Origin: Lama glama
Lineage: Eukaryota
Assembly (NCBI GenBank): GCA_028534125.1
Contig: CM052818.1
Location: 18,230,001-18,294,000, forward strand
Length of the DNA stretch: 64,000 nucleotides
Direction of reading: 5' to 3'
A model generated the notes under the pieces. That model made no database searches, was not told where the DNA came from, and saw only the letters and a list, made by a program, of their open reading frames with translations. Positions 12,224 through 25,114 of the stretch are shown piece by piece (position 1 is the stretch's first letter; each line of letters opens with the position of its first letter). A program made the translations under genes and the position numbers.

Positions 12224-15200
12224 TTCTATGTTTAATGTTTTGAGAAAACACCAAACTGTTCTCCAAAGTGGCTGAACCATTGTACATTCCCATAAACAGG
12301 GAGTGAAGCTGCCTATGTCTCCACATCCTCATTGACACTATCTGACTTTTTGATTCTAGCCATCCTAGTGAGTATCAAGTATCTCACTGTGGTTTTGATT
12401 TGCATTTCCTTGCTGAGTAATGGTGTCAAGCTTTTCATATTCTTATTGGCCATTTGTATCTTGTCTCTATTGAACCTATATTCAGATGCTCTGCCCAATT
12501 TTTAACTGAGTTGTCTTTTTTTATTGAAGTGTAGTTGATATATAATATTATTTAAGTTGCAGGTGTACAATACAGTGATTCACAATTTTTAAAGGTTTTA
12601 CTCCACTTATAGTTATTATAAAATATTGGCTATATTCCCTGTGTTGTACTATGTATTCTTGTAACTTATTTTATACATAATAGTTTGTACCTCTTAGTCC
12701 TCTACCCCTAACTTTCTCCTCATCCCTCCTTCTCCCCACTGCTAATCATTAGTTTGTTCTCCATATCTGAGTCTGTTTCTTTTTTTTAATATTCACTAGT
12801 TTGTTGTGTATTTTAGATTCCACATATAAGTGGTATCAGACACTATTTCTCTGTCTGAATTATTTCACTTAGCATAATACCCTCCACACCCATTCATGTC
12901 GTTGCAAATGGCAAATTTCAATTTCATCCTTTTTATGGGTGAGTAATATTCCATTGTATAAATATATCACATCTTCTTTATCCATTCATCTGTTGATGGA
13001 CACTTAGGTTACTTCCATATGTTGGCTATTGTAAATAATGCTGCTGTGAACACTGGGGTGCATGTATCTTTTTGAATTAGTGTTTTGGGGTTTTTTTGAA
13101 TATGTACTCAGGAATAGAATTGTTGAGTCATATGGTAGTTCAATTTTTAGTTTTTTGAAAAACCTCTATCCTGTCTTCCACAGTGGCTGCACCAAGCTGC
13201 AGTCCCACCAATATCAGGGTTCCCTTTTGTTCACATCCTCATCAACATTTGTTACTTGTGTTCTTTTTGATGATAGCTATTCTGAAAGGTGTGAGGTGTT
13301 ATCTCATTGTGGTTTTGATTTGCATTTCCCTGCTGATTAGCATTGCTGAGCATCTTTTCCTCAGCATCTGCGTGTACTCTTTGGAAAATCTGCGTGTACT
13401 CTTTGGAAAAATGTCTATTCAGGTCTTCTGCCCATTGTTTAATCAGGTTTTTAAATTTGATGTTGAGTTGTATGAGCTGTTTGTGTATTTTTGTATTAAC
13501 TCCTTATAAGATATATCATTTGCAAATATTTGCTCCTATTCAGTAGGTTGTCTTTCCATTTTGTTAATGATTTCCTTTGCCATGTAAAAGCCTTTAAGTT
13601 TAAATAGGTCCCATTTGTTTCTTTTTGCCTTTATTTCCTTTGCTTTAGGAGACAGATCCAAAAATACATTGCTACGATTTATGTCATAGAGTGTTCTGCC
13701 TATGTTTTCCTCTAGGAGTTTTATGGTTTCCAGTTTTACATTTAGGTCTTTACTCCACTATGAGTTTTCCTTTTGTTTGTAGAGAATGTTCTAATTTCAT
13801 TCTTTTATAAGTAGCTGTCTAGTTTTCCCAGCACTACATATGGAAGAGACTGTTTTTTTTCCACTGCATGTTCTGCCTCCTTTGTTGAGGATTAATTGAC
13901 CTTAACTGACATTCTGGATAAAAGTCCCTTAACAGATGTATAATTTGCTAATATGTTGTCCCATTCTGTCCCATTCTTTTCACTTTCTTAGTGGTGTTCT
14001 TTGAAGCACAAAAGTTTTTTATTTTGATAAAATCCAGTGTATGGTTTGTTGTTATTTGCACTTTGATTTCATATCCAAGAATTATTTGCCAAATCCAAGG
14101 TCATGAAAATTTATTTCCATGTTTTCATCTCAGAGTTTTGTCGTTTTACCTCTTACATGTAGGCCTTTGATACATTCTGAGTTAATTTTTGTATATGATA
14201 GATAATTGTCCAACTTCATTTTTTTGCATGTGAATATCCAGCTGTCCCAGTACCATTTGCTGAAAAGACTATTTTTTCACTATTGAATGATCTTGGCACC
14301 CCTGTTGAAAATTAGTTGACCATAGAGGCATGGGGATATGCCTCTGGACTCTAAGTTCTGTTCCTCTGATCTATATGTCTACTCCTGTATCAGTACCACA
14401 CTGTCTTGGTGAATGGAGAATGTTGGGAGAATGTTTCATGTGCATTCGAGAAGACTGGAGACTGTATACCTGTTGTTGTGGGGTTGAGGGTTCTATACAT
14501 GTCTGTTAGATCTAGTTGGTTAACAGCATTGTTCCTATATATTTGTTGACTTTCTGTCTAGTTGTTCTATCTATTATTGAAAGTTGGGTATTGAAGTCTT
14601 CAAGTATTATTGTCAAATAATCTATTTCTTGATTTTTGTCCATTTTTGCTTCCTGTATCTTGCTCTGTTACTAGGTGTATATATGTTTATAATTGTTATA
14701 TCTTCCTGATTGATGGAGCCTGTTATCCTCATAAAATGTTCCTCTTTATATCTAGTAACATTTTTGTTTTGTTTTGTTTTTAAGCCTCTTTTTTCTGGAA
14801 TTAGTATAGCTACTCCAGCTTTCCTGAGGCTGCTGTTGCAGGATGTAAATACTTTTTCAATCCTTTTACTTTCAATCTATTTGTGCCTTTGAATATAAAG
14901 CGTGTCTTTTAGAGAACATATAGTTAGATCATATTTTTAATCCAATTCAGTTTGACAATCTCTGCCTTATGACTGGAATGTTTGATGCAGTCACATTTAA
15001 CGTTATCATTGATGTAGCTGGATTTACATTTGCTATTTTTACTTTCATCTGACTTTTTGTTTTCTATGTCTCATGTCTTTTCCCCTATATTCCTCATTTA
15101 CTACTTTCTTTCACATCAAGTGAATTTTTTCTAATGTAGTTTTAAATTTCTTTAATAATTTTTACTATTTTTTTGAGATTTTGTTTTTCTAGTGGGTCCT

Positions 15201-16860
15201 CTAAGGTTTACTATATACATCTTAATGAGAATCAGCTAGATTAATGAGAGACAGAGAGATGTGTGTGGTGCGGAATATATAACACTTATATAGCTCTACT
15301 CCCTATTAGTTAAGAGAAGAAGAGAAAAATGTGGAGTTATAAGTCTTTTATAATTACATAATTACCTTTACGAGTACTTTTTGTTTGTGTGGATTTGAAT
15401 TACTATCTAGGGTCACTTGGTTCAGCCTAAAGAACTTCCTTTAGGGAATTTCTTGCAGGACAGGTCTGCTAGCAGCAAATTCTCTAAATTTTCATTTATC
15501 CTGGAAAATCTTTATTTTGTCTTCACTTTTGAAACACAGGTTTTCTAAATATAGTGTTCTTGGTTTATAGGTTGTTTTTTCCTTTGAATACTTTAAATAT
15601 GTTATCCCACCATCTCTGTCCTCCATTGTTCCTAATGAGAAGTGAGCTGTCGTCCCTTGTAAGTAATGAGTCATTTTTCTCTTACTGCTTTCAAGATTTC
15701 CTCCTTACCTTTGATTTTCAGCATTTTTACTATAAAGTGTCTGTTTATGGGTCTCTTTGTGTACATCCTACTGGAATTTATTGAGCTTGCTAGAGGTTTT
15801 TCAATAAATATACAAAGTTTTCAGTCATTATTTTTTTCAAAATTTTTTCCTTTTTTTCTCTTCTCTCCTCTGCTACTTCCATTTCCCATATGTTGTTGTG
15901 CTTAATTTTGTTCCTTATTTCTCTAGGGCTCTCTTCCTTTTTCTTCATTCTTTTTCTCTCCGCTTTTGGATTATATAATCTCTATTGGTTTATTTTCAAT
16001 TTTTCTAATCCTTTCTTCTGCAAGTTCAAATCCACTGTGGAGACACTCTTGCGATTTTTTTTTTAATTTCACTTATTGTACTCTCAACTACAGAATTTCC
16101 ATTTTGTTTTTAAAAAATAATTACTATCTCTTTATGTATATTCTCTATTTGATGCAATACCACCAGCATACTTTTCTCTCTTTCCTTAATCTTGTTTTCC
16201 TTTACTTCCGTGAACATATTCACAATGACTATGTTCAAATATTTTTCTGTTATATCTGACATCTGGTTATTCTTACAGGCAGTTCCAATTGTCTACTTTA
16301 TTTTCCAGTGTATGAGTCATACTGTCCGATTTCTTTTTATGCCTTATAGTTTTTTTTTCTTTGTCATTTCAGGTAACCTAATGTAGCATTCTGGGTACTA
16401 GGGGCCCAGTATTCTCAGCAGGCCACACTCAAAACAGAGCCTCTGGTGTACAAAGTGTGGCTTGGTAAAAGGAAAGGAGCCCCAGCTTCCCAGCCAAACT
16501 TGTTCAGAAACAGGCAGCTGCAGGCAAAATGGGAAATGCTGAAGTCCTATTTCTCCTGGAAGAAAGCCCCCCATCTGGGAGCTGGGAGGAGAGGGAACCC
16601 TGTTTTCTTGACAGCAGCATTCTGGAGTGGAGCATCCACTTCTCTGAGGTGGGAGAGGAGGGGAAGACAGTGGTTTTGGTTTAAATAGCACATTCTTACC
16701 CTTTTTTTTTTTTTTTGCTGGATTTTCATAGGTTTTCTTGAATATATGTTTCCTCCTTTGCTCTTTGCTCTTAGGACCATTTCCAGAGATTTTTGAGGAG
16801 TTTTCTTTGTTTGTCTTGTTTTTTTTTTAATTTTCACCAGTTTCACTACAGAGCTGGTCA
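12224..16860 (-). mobile_element. Antisense L1 block: L1MB-like ORF2 interrupted by a younger L1 at ~12516-13908, then older ORF1/5' sequence
   Basis: ORF 12313-12498(-) IQMANKNMK...EMQIKTTVRY is L1 ORF2; ORF 15492-15674(-) YKPRTLYLENLCFKSEDKIKIFQDK is the L1 ORF1 C-terminus; T-rich strand bias. Confidence 0.9.
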
Positions 16861-19229
16861 GCTGCTGAAAATCAATCCCACCACTGTGTTCTTCAGCAGG
16901 CCGAGCAGAGGGGGAGTGAGTTGTGGCTGAAAGCAGCAAAGCAGTCAGGTACCCAGGATTATCATCTCTGAAGTTCTTTGTGTGCCCTTGAACAAAGCAG
17001 AACAGTTGGGCACACCAGGAGGAAATAAATGTCATGAGACTTAAGTTTTTCAGCCCATTTTTTACTTTAATGTTTTTCACGTGCATTATTGGTTTTAAAT
17101 AATTCAGTACACATGTCCTGAATACCAGTCTAGTGAATAATAATGGCTGTCACCTACCAAATAAGGTCACTAACTGCTCTTTTTGGCAGGCATAACAGTA
17201 TCCTAAACATTGTGATATGGTGAGCAAAACAGGTGGGAATGGAATTACAGCCCAAAGGGATGCTTTCCAGGGTTGCTCTGGTTTGTTAGAGCAAAGGAGA
17301 AATACTGATTTGTTTTCTCCTGAGCAGGATAGAGACAAAATGACCTTCTCCCTGTGTATTTACAGTCCTGACCATTTGACTGCAGTAATTTCAGCGACAG
17401 AGAGCATGCAGTTGGACCAAATGGAAAACAAGCCAAAAGTAATATCAAAATCCTGAGTTCAGCATCTTCACCAAAAAATCATTGAGACCTTAAACAGAGC
17501 AGTACATCATCCATGACCTGCCACTACAGGCATCACACCTTTATGGAACATTTACTCTGTGTACAGCTACTGGCTGGGATATAAGAGCCAAAGGTGCAGC
17601 CCTGACACATAGATCCTTTTAATGTAGCTGAAGAGAGCAGACACAGACACAGAAGAAGAACCAGGCTTTTCAAGTTATCATATGATAACATGAGAAGGAC
17701 AGGAAATGCAGAACAAAATTTGAGTACTGTAGAAGCTCCTTGAAGGGAGAGGTCCCTACTAACAAACATAGGGCACTTCCTTGAAGAAGTGAGACATGTG
17801 CTAGATATTGGAAAAAAAGATTTAAATATGTAATACGGAGAATTCAGAGTAGGTAGACAAAACATCTGGAGAGCGAATCAAACATCAGCAAATCAAATAA
17901 ATAGCCTTTACTCCTGAAGGAAATAGCTTCTGAATGATCAAATTCATTTCTCAAAATGTGCCAAGTACAGCACTTGGGTGAGAGGAGGGGAACCTGGAGC
18001 ACTTCCAGCCAGATCTACTAATCCAAGAAAGATTATCTAGCAGGAAATAAAAATGAAGTTCTGAGCTCTGTTTTAATAATTTGTGGAAGTCTGGGAAGAA
18101 AGAACCAAGGCATGGTTCAGAGAAACTGAGTGGAGTGTCAGAAATGGCTTTAAACATCTCTATGACTGTAGGTAAACCAAATTAGACCCAGCCTTACTTT
18201 TCAGTTAAGAAACACAAATTATGTAAATGATTGGAAGTCTTTTCAAAAAGAAATAGTTTTTATTCAATTATTTGGTTCAATTGCCTGTAGCGGCCCACTG
18301 AGGGCATATTACACCTAGGAGATCTTTGGATCTAAAGCTACACATTTCTGAAACAAATAATTCCTTCAGAGAAACTTACTTAAACACTGGGATAATTTAC
18401 TCTTTCACACAGTAAGTAAATAGACCCCAATTGGATCTAGATAACTTTTCCTAGGATTAACCTGAAACTTACCATTTTGTTTGTTGATCCCCAACCCACT
18501 TTATTTTTCAAAAGAAAAGGAAAAAAAATGAATAAGTAAGTATAAAACCATAAATATCAGGAAAATGTTCCAAATATCCTGCCTCGCCATTTACTGTATT
18601 TTTCTAACTCTGCCTTCAAGTCAAACAGTCAAGATCAGCTACTGATCTGCCACTCTGTCTACTTTTGTTTTCACATCACTCTGTTAAGTTGTCTCCATTC
18701 CAATAATCATTATGGTGTAACTGACACTCCAGGGGAAATCAATTCCTTTTGACTAAATAGAAAAGCCTGCACTACCTCCCTTGAATCATAATTGAAGCCT
18801 TGTTTATTTTGCTGTTGTCTAAACCCTGGGACAGCCAGCATCTTGGTTTCACTGAAGGCAAATAGCTTGTCTACTGCAGCCTCCAGGGAAGATTTGCCAT
18901 CCTTTAGGAACTGCCCTCCTTGAGTAGGGAATAATTAGAACCACTTAGATATCTGAATTGCATTTCCCAGAGACTGGCTAGATGTTGTTCCTCAAGATTG
19001 TTTAAAGGAAAACTCCTTTAAACCCCTAAGGGGATAGAGTCTTTCTCATTTTCTTTCCACCTAGAAAGATATGAAGCTACAGAAAGCATTTAGATTTGTA
19101 GGACCCTCAAAAACAAGGATTCTCATTTTTAACTGTCTTAGGTCTGGCAAGTATTATGCACATCTTAGACCTCAAGAGATATTTATGAATAAATGAAATA
19201 AATGACTTGCAGTAAGTTGAACTGATGAG

Positions 19230-19272
19230 TTAAATTGAATTGGATTGGACTGAATTGAAATGAATTGAATTG
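19230..19272. repeat. Degenerate (TTGAA/TTGGA)n pentanucleotide repeat
   Basis: ttaaattgaattggattggactgaattgaaatgaattgaattg. Confidence 0.8.
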
Positions 19273-19464
19273 GGCTTCTTGGCACCGACAGAGTAGATAC
19301 CAAGAAGGCAGAAGGAAGGTCAGGGTGCACCATTCACTAGATGATCAAGGCCAGAACTTGGAATAATCCGGGAGTCCAAGCCCTCCAGGCTACTGGGGAC
19401 ATAGAGGTTAAGTGATTTCTTAAGGACAGATAGCAAAGTAGAAACAGAGCACAGACTCTAGACA

Positions 19465-19680
19465 TAATAACAATAAAGACAAATAATTGGGCTTACATGT
19501 ATTGTGTCCGTACTATGTCAGGCACAGCCCTACATGTTTCAGTTTATCATCTCATTTAGTCCTCATAAAAACCCTGCCCGGCAGGCCCCGCTCATCCTCA
19601 CTTTCAGATAAAGCAACTAAGCATCAAACAATTAAGTAATTTCCACAAGTGGTATTTTCAGGACTCAGACTGAGGAATCG
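19465..19680 (-). mobile_element. MIR SINE
   Basis: tactatgtcaggcacagccctacatg...ctcatttagtcctcataaaaaccctg...ctcactttcagataaagcaactaag. Confidence 0.8.
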
Positions 19681-21074
19681 AGATCCCCAATAAACTGCTA
19701 TCAACCATTTCAAGACATCTGGGGCAGTGGAGAAAAAGAGTTTATAATCTTGAGGACTTGAAATAACAAACCTGTTTCAATCTCTTTAACTTAAACATTT
19801 GAAGATATCCAGATTTCACAACTCTTGGACTTCCTGAAGTTTGATCTTGTCAAACGTATGGTACAAAGCCTTGTAGGTCTGTCAGGGTTTTCATTTCTGG
19901 GGATGCCTAGAAGTAAGGCCTTTTTAATAATAATCCATAATCTCATATTTATATGTATGTATCCTTTACATTCCAAAATGTAATCTTACAATGTTGAAAT
20001 GTTTAATTAATATGTTGGGACTCAGAGGCCCTGGACTGGACACCATATTATGTCCTTACTTCCAGAATGACCAGGAATCATTACATGGCGTTATTTCTCT
20101 ACCCTGTATCAAAAGGCCTGTCCCTCACCAAATTTTCTGCTCCCATCAGTGTGGAGTGATTTGAGTGTATCCACTGAACCCTACACATAGAGGTGTTCTA
20201 ATCATCCTATCAAATCAGAACTACACAAGCAATTCTAATTATTATCCTGGTTCTGGTTCTGTAGAGTTCTTTTCCTTCCACAAGTTTGACCAAACCCAAC
20301 CTTGGCTACTCACCCTTTCTCAAAGCATGATCCAAGTCAACAATCTTTTTCTCTGCTGAGTTCAGGAAGCAGAGATAAAAGACAGATGCCTCCCTGTGGG
20401 GCAGGTCTGCAGGTCATCTCTGAAACCCTCATGCTCCACCTCCTGAGATGTGTATCACAGGGCAAAGAGGTCAAACAGCAACCTGGCATGATCCCAGGAC
20501 TAGGAGTGAGAAGATCGGGGATCAGGTTCTCATGCCAAGAGTACCTCATACAGCCTAGGAGAATCATCTAGCACTTCTGGGCCTCAGCTTACTCTTCTAT
20601 AAAGTCACAGAACCGAACACAGTGATCCCCAAAGTCACTTCCCTCCCCATTAAACAGAAGGAAAACTTGAGCCCTGAGAATGAACTATGACTGAAGTCAT
20701 CCAATCTTTTGATAATCAACCAGCTTCATGGGGTTGGTCACAGCCCTTCCCAACCTACCATTTCCAGAGACCCTTGCTGCTTTGTCAGTTGTGATTCTAA
20801 GAATCTTACCTGTGTAGTCAAAATCCTGCCTTTTTGGCCAGTCTCTTTCCTCTGGCTTGTCATGATTAAGTGGCAGCAGGAATAAGCTAAAGGACTTGGT
20901 GTCTTTTTATTGACAATTTGCCCTGTAGACCCTGAGCCGGTCGGGGGAGCAGCAGAGGGTAACAGAGCTCATCAGCCATCTGCAGTTTCCTAGGCTTTCA
21001 GTCTGTTAGCAACTGACATTTCATCCCCATCACTACAGCGAGTGGCAAGTCTGAGGAGTGAGGGCCACTGCAAG

Positions 21075-21077
<3 letters not shown>

Positions 21078-21125
<48 letters not shown>

Positions 21126-21126
21126 C
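21078..21126. repeat. Compound (GT)18-(AG)n microsatellite
   Basis: Directly visible. Confidence 0.98.
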
Positions 21127-21259
21127 TGTTCCTGGCTTTTCTAGTTCAGTATTTAAAACCAAACGTCCTGCAAATTGAGACAGCAGATGGCCTTAAAATT
21201 CCTCAGGTAGTTGAATGTTATTTCCAAAGGAACGAAGACAGGGAAATTGGTGAACAACC

Positions 21260-22150
21260 ATTCATTCATTCAGCAAATACTTAACTGATTGCCTCCTGTG
21301 TGCCAGATACTACTCTACATGCTAGAGGTAACAGCAGAGACCAAAACAGACAACAGGAAGCGATGATAAGCTCTCATGGAGATTATATTCTATAGTAGAT
21401 GATGGGTAACAACCATGAAAAGTAAGTAATAAGATATCTAATACACTAGATGGTGAGGTGTGGTAGTAAGAAAAATAAAACAAGGAAAGGGACTATAGAA
21501 GGTCAGAGATGGTATCTATGCTGGCCAGAAAGCCCTTCAGAGAAGCAACCTATTGAGTAAACAACTAAAGATGGTGAAGGACTGAACCACGTGGATGTCT
21601 GGGGGGAGAATGTTCTAGAAGAGGGCCCAGCAAGAGCAAAGGACTCTGAGACAGGGATGCATCTGCATGTGCAAGAAACAGCAAGGAAGTCAGAGTGACT
21701 GAGGATGATTAGAGAGGGCACAGTGTGAGAGAAGTTCAGAAGGTCACAGAGAGTTTGCATGTGGACCCTTGTAAGGACAGCAGATTTTGTTCAGGGTGAG
21801 CAGGGAAGCCATGGGTGGGAGGGAATCCAATTTAAGCTTTGACAGAATTGCTGTTAAGAGTAGACTGAAGGATGTCAAGATAAGAGCAAGAAGACAAGTC
21901 AGGAGGCTATTACAATAATCCTTTTGAGAGGAGATGGGGGTCACTGGGAGGGGATAACTATGGAGGTGATGAGAAGGGGTCAGATTCTAGCCCTATTTTA
22001 AATGCAAAGACAATCAATTCACTGAGACATGGAATATGGGGTGTGAAGGAAAATAGTGCCTAAAATGGCTATAGGTTATAAACCTGAACAAGCTGAAAAA
22101 AAATGGAACTGCCTAACTCAGACTGGGGAAGAAAGCAGGAGAAACAGGGC
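21260..22150 (-). mobile_element. L2 LINE 3' region
   Basis: Starts with the L2 terminus ttcattcattcagcaaatacttaactgattgcctcctgtgtgccag; continues with L2-like purine-rich text (aggaggctattacaataatcc; tggaggtgatgagaaggggtcagattctag). Confidence 0.88.
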
Positions 22151-22158
22151 TGAAGGCT

Positions 22159-22181
22159 GGGGTGGGGCGTGAGGGCGGGGG
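22159..22181 (+). other. Canonical G-quadruplex motif
   Basis: GGGG-T-GGGG-CGTGA-GGG-C-GGGGG; formation in vivo unknown. Confidence 0.6.
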
Positions 22182-22424
22182 AGTGGTGCAGTGAAGATTA
22201 TGAGACAGACTTAACCCTAAGGACAACAGGCCTTTATCCTCTGAAAAATAATTTCATAGTCTAAAGATTGTGATGTGGATATTTAATTACAGTCTTGTTT
22301 TCTGATGCAGATAAACTTATGCTGTTCTTTGCCTTTAGAATATTACACTAAAAATTCACACTTCAAAAAAAAAACAACTCAAGAGCTTCTGAATAATTAC
22401 ATTATACCTCAGGATTAGTTTCTT

Positions 22425-22888
22425 CTTTTTTTTTTTTTTTTACATTTTTTATTGATTCATAATCATTTTACAGTGTTGTGTCAAATTCCAGTGTTCTTTT
22501 TTTTAAAACTCTTTTTTTTTAAACTGAAGTTGATTTACAATGTTAGTTTCAAGTGTACCGCAAAGTAATTCAGTTATACATATACATACATATATTTTTT
22601 CTTTTCAGATTCTTTTCCATTGTATGTCATCACAAGTAACTGAATATAGTTCCTTATGCTATAAAGTAGGTCCTTGTTGTTTATCTACTTTATATATAGT
22701 AATGTGTGTCTGTTAATCTCCAACCCCTAATTTATCCCTCCCTGCCCTTTTCCCTTTGGTAACCATAGTTTCTTTCCTATGTCTGTGAGTCTGTTTTTGG
22801 TTTGTAAATGGAATTTGTATCATTTTTTATAGATTCCGATATAAGGGATATCATGATATTTGTCTTTCTCTGTCTGACTTACTTAGTA
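22425..22888 (-). mobile_element. Two tandem antisense L1 3' ends: a short young tail (~22426-22495) and a ~370-bp 3'UTR piece (~22511-22888)
   Basis: Poly-T runs followed by L1 3'UTR text (tgatttacaatgttagtttcaagtgtac; tttatccctccctgcccttttccctttggtaaccat), homologous to 10821-11392 in reverse. Confidence 0.9.
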
Positions 22889-22994
22889 GGGAGGGGATAG
22901 TGGTAGAATGTGTGCTTAGCATGCACAAGGTCCTGGGTTCAATACCCAGTGCTTCCATCAAAAAAGAAAATTAAAAAAAAAAAAAAGAAAGAAA
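22889..22994 (+). mobile_element. tRNA-Ala-derived SINE (Vic-1-like)
   Basis: gggaggggatagtggtagaatgtgtgcttagcatgcacaaggtcctgggttcaatacccagtgcttcca plus A tail; homologous to 8761-8840. Confidence 0.9.
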
Positions 22995-23127
22995 GAATCC
23001 AAAAGGATGGGGCTCAGAGAACTTCCGGGTTGGGGAACACCTGGAGGTGCTGGGAGAGTGGTGCCCTCAGAGAAGGCATGGAAGCCTCAAGCCCCTTCCC
23101 ACGTACCCCGCCCCAGGCATCTTCCTG
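22995..23127 (+). mobile_element. Internal fragment of a MER21-like LTR
   Basis: ccaaaaggatggggctcagagaacttccgggttggggaacacctggaggtgctgggagagtggtgccctcagagaaggcatggaagc resembles the MER21 consensus. Confidence 0.75.
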
Positions 23128-23644
23128 AGGATTAGCTTTTTAAATGCCTTCTGTAGGCTGAACAAGTTCCCTCCAGCTACAGACATAAACCATGTACTCT
23201 CTTCTCTGGTGATGGTGCAAGGGGGGAGCCTCTCTTCCCTGAAGAAAACTGCTGGATCTGTTCATTGTCCTCATCAACTCTGCTTTGTCCTTCCCCTTGG
23301 CAAAGTCCCTGTGCTTCTACCCAACCCCTCCTCCCTCCCTGCCCCTCCCTGAGAAAGCAACTCCGGGTGGAACTCTCTGACATCTGAACTTTACTTAGAG
23401 GGCATGATTCCCTTTACAACAGAGTTTACAGACATAAGACAGAAGATAGAGTTTATATGACTCAAGTAAGTAAACCTCTTAAATTCTTCATGTTTGGGAT
23501 ATTTCTATCTCAAATCAAAATGTGGATAAAAGGAAGAAGAGAGGGAAGAAAGGTGAGAAGAAGGGAGAGAGGCACTGAGGGAAAAGAGGAGAAAAATACT
23601 ACAGTTCTTGGAGAAGAGGATTATAGTGGGCTAGGCAGAGACCC

Positions 23645-23780
23645 CCACGTATTGACATCCTTCATTCCGTAAGTGCTGAAGCTGAGGTCCCAGAGGGGTG
23701 AGGCAAACTTCCCACAGACCCAGAACTAGGATTTGGCAAAGCCGAGAATGGAACCCAAGATTTTGGGCCCGAATCTTTAG
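23645..23780 (-). mobile_element. MIR fragment
   Basis: gaagctgaggtcccagaggggtgaggcaaacttccc...gccgagaatggaacccaag. Confidence 0.65.
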
Positions 23781-25114
23781 GAGCAGTGAGCCCTCTTCAC
23801 CAGGAGGGACTCTGAAAGCGAGGCAGAGGATTGCAGGTTTGATATAACAGGCAAAGGAAAGCCACTGTAGGTGGAGCAGGAGTGCAGTCAGGTCTTTGGA
23901 GCACTGGCTTGAAAGTAAATGTTCAAGACAAACTGGAAAAGAGAGAAACTGGTGAAAGGGTGGATCCAAGCGAATTTTCCAAGAAAGAAGCAATCAGACT
24001 TTGGATCAATGAGGGTTGAGATCCAGACACAAAGACAAACCTGACTGCTGTAACCATGGAGGCCGGCTCACTGTTCCACCAGCTTGCAGGATCTCTGTGG
24101 ATCCGCTCGAGAGAAAGCCGGACCACCTCCCCTACCCTGCACTGGGAGGGCCACGTCCGTAAGGCACCAGCTCTTTCCTGTGTAAGCCGAGAACATGCTT
24201 GTGTGGGCATGTCAGTCTGTTTCCAGCTCTTTCTTTCTGCCCTGAAGGTACAAAGGGAAACGCTCAGAGCGAGCTTTAGGCAAAGCATATTTAATCCCAA
24301 TGCTGCCAGAGAAAAAAGTTCCCCTCTCACGCCATCAAAACCAGGATTTTGAAAGCACCAAGAAAAGGATAAAAGAAAACAAGCTGCAGCAAGGGTTCTG
24401 ATTCTCTAGTTAGGAGCAATTTGCAGTGGCACGTGTGTTGCCTGCTGGAGCAGGCAGCTGGGAAGGGAGCGACAAGAGGAGATCTGATTGAAGTGCTCTG
24501 GATACAATTTTCTCCAATAAATAAATAAATAACTGGCAAAGCATTCTGTTCCAGAGAAAGAGTACTCATCTTTGTCTCGAAGACACAGATCACAAAAGGA
24601 TGAGGCAGAGAAGAGATGTTACCTTATGGATGTTTTTCTTAAGGAAAAAAAAAGATCTTTGTTCTTAAAAATGAAAGATGTGGGGATTTTGAAGCAGTGG
24701 TCCTCAGTCTCCCTCTGACGGATTCCAACGCTGGAATTTAGACTGCAACGCAGGCAGCTCTGCCCCTGGGCTGCTTTTTCCACATACACTGAGGCATTCA
24801 GAATGATAGCTTGAAGGCAAAGGAGTTAAAGTTATAGAGGAGTCTACTACTGCTACCCAGAACTTCAGCTGCAAAAGCCCTCACAGAATATTTAGAATAA
24901 AGCAGATTTCCCCGCAAAAAGTTTAGTCCCTTCCTACACTGCTCTCAACTATAGTGACGCACAGGCTACGGGCTTTGCCAGACATCAGAACAGGCCAGGT
25001 TTCTGTCCTGACAGTTCTTTTAATTCATAACAGGAGCTAACATTTACAGAGTACTTGACAGTTGACACAGCACTTCGACAGGCATTATCTTACTTGGTTC
25101 TCACAATGAGCAAA

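Noticed and set aside
16547..17086. 179-aa minus-strand ORF
   Set aside because: Overlaps decayed L1 5' sequence; the lysine runs come from poly-T tracts.
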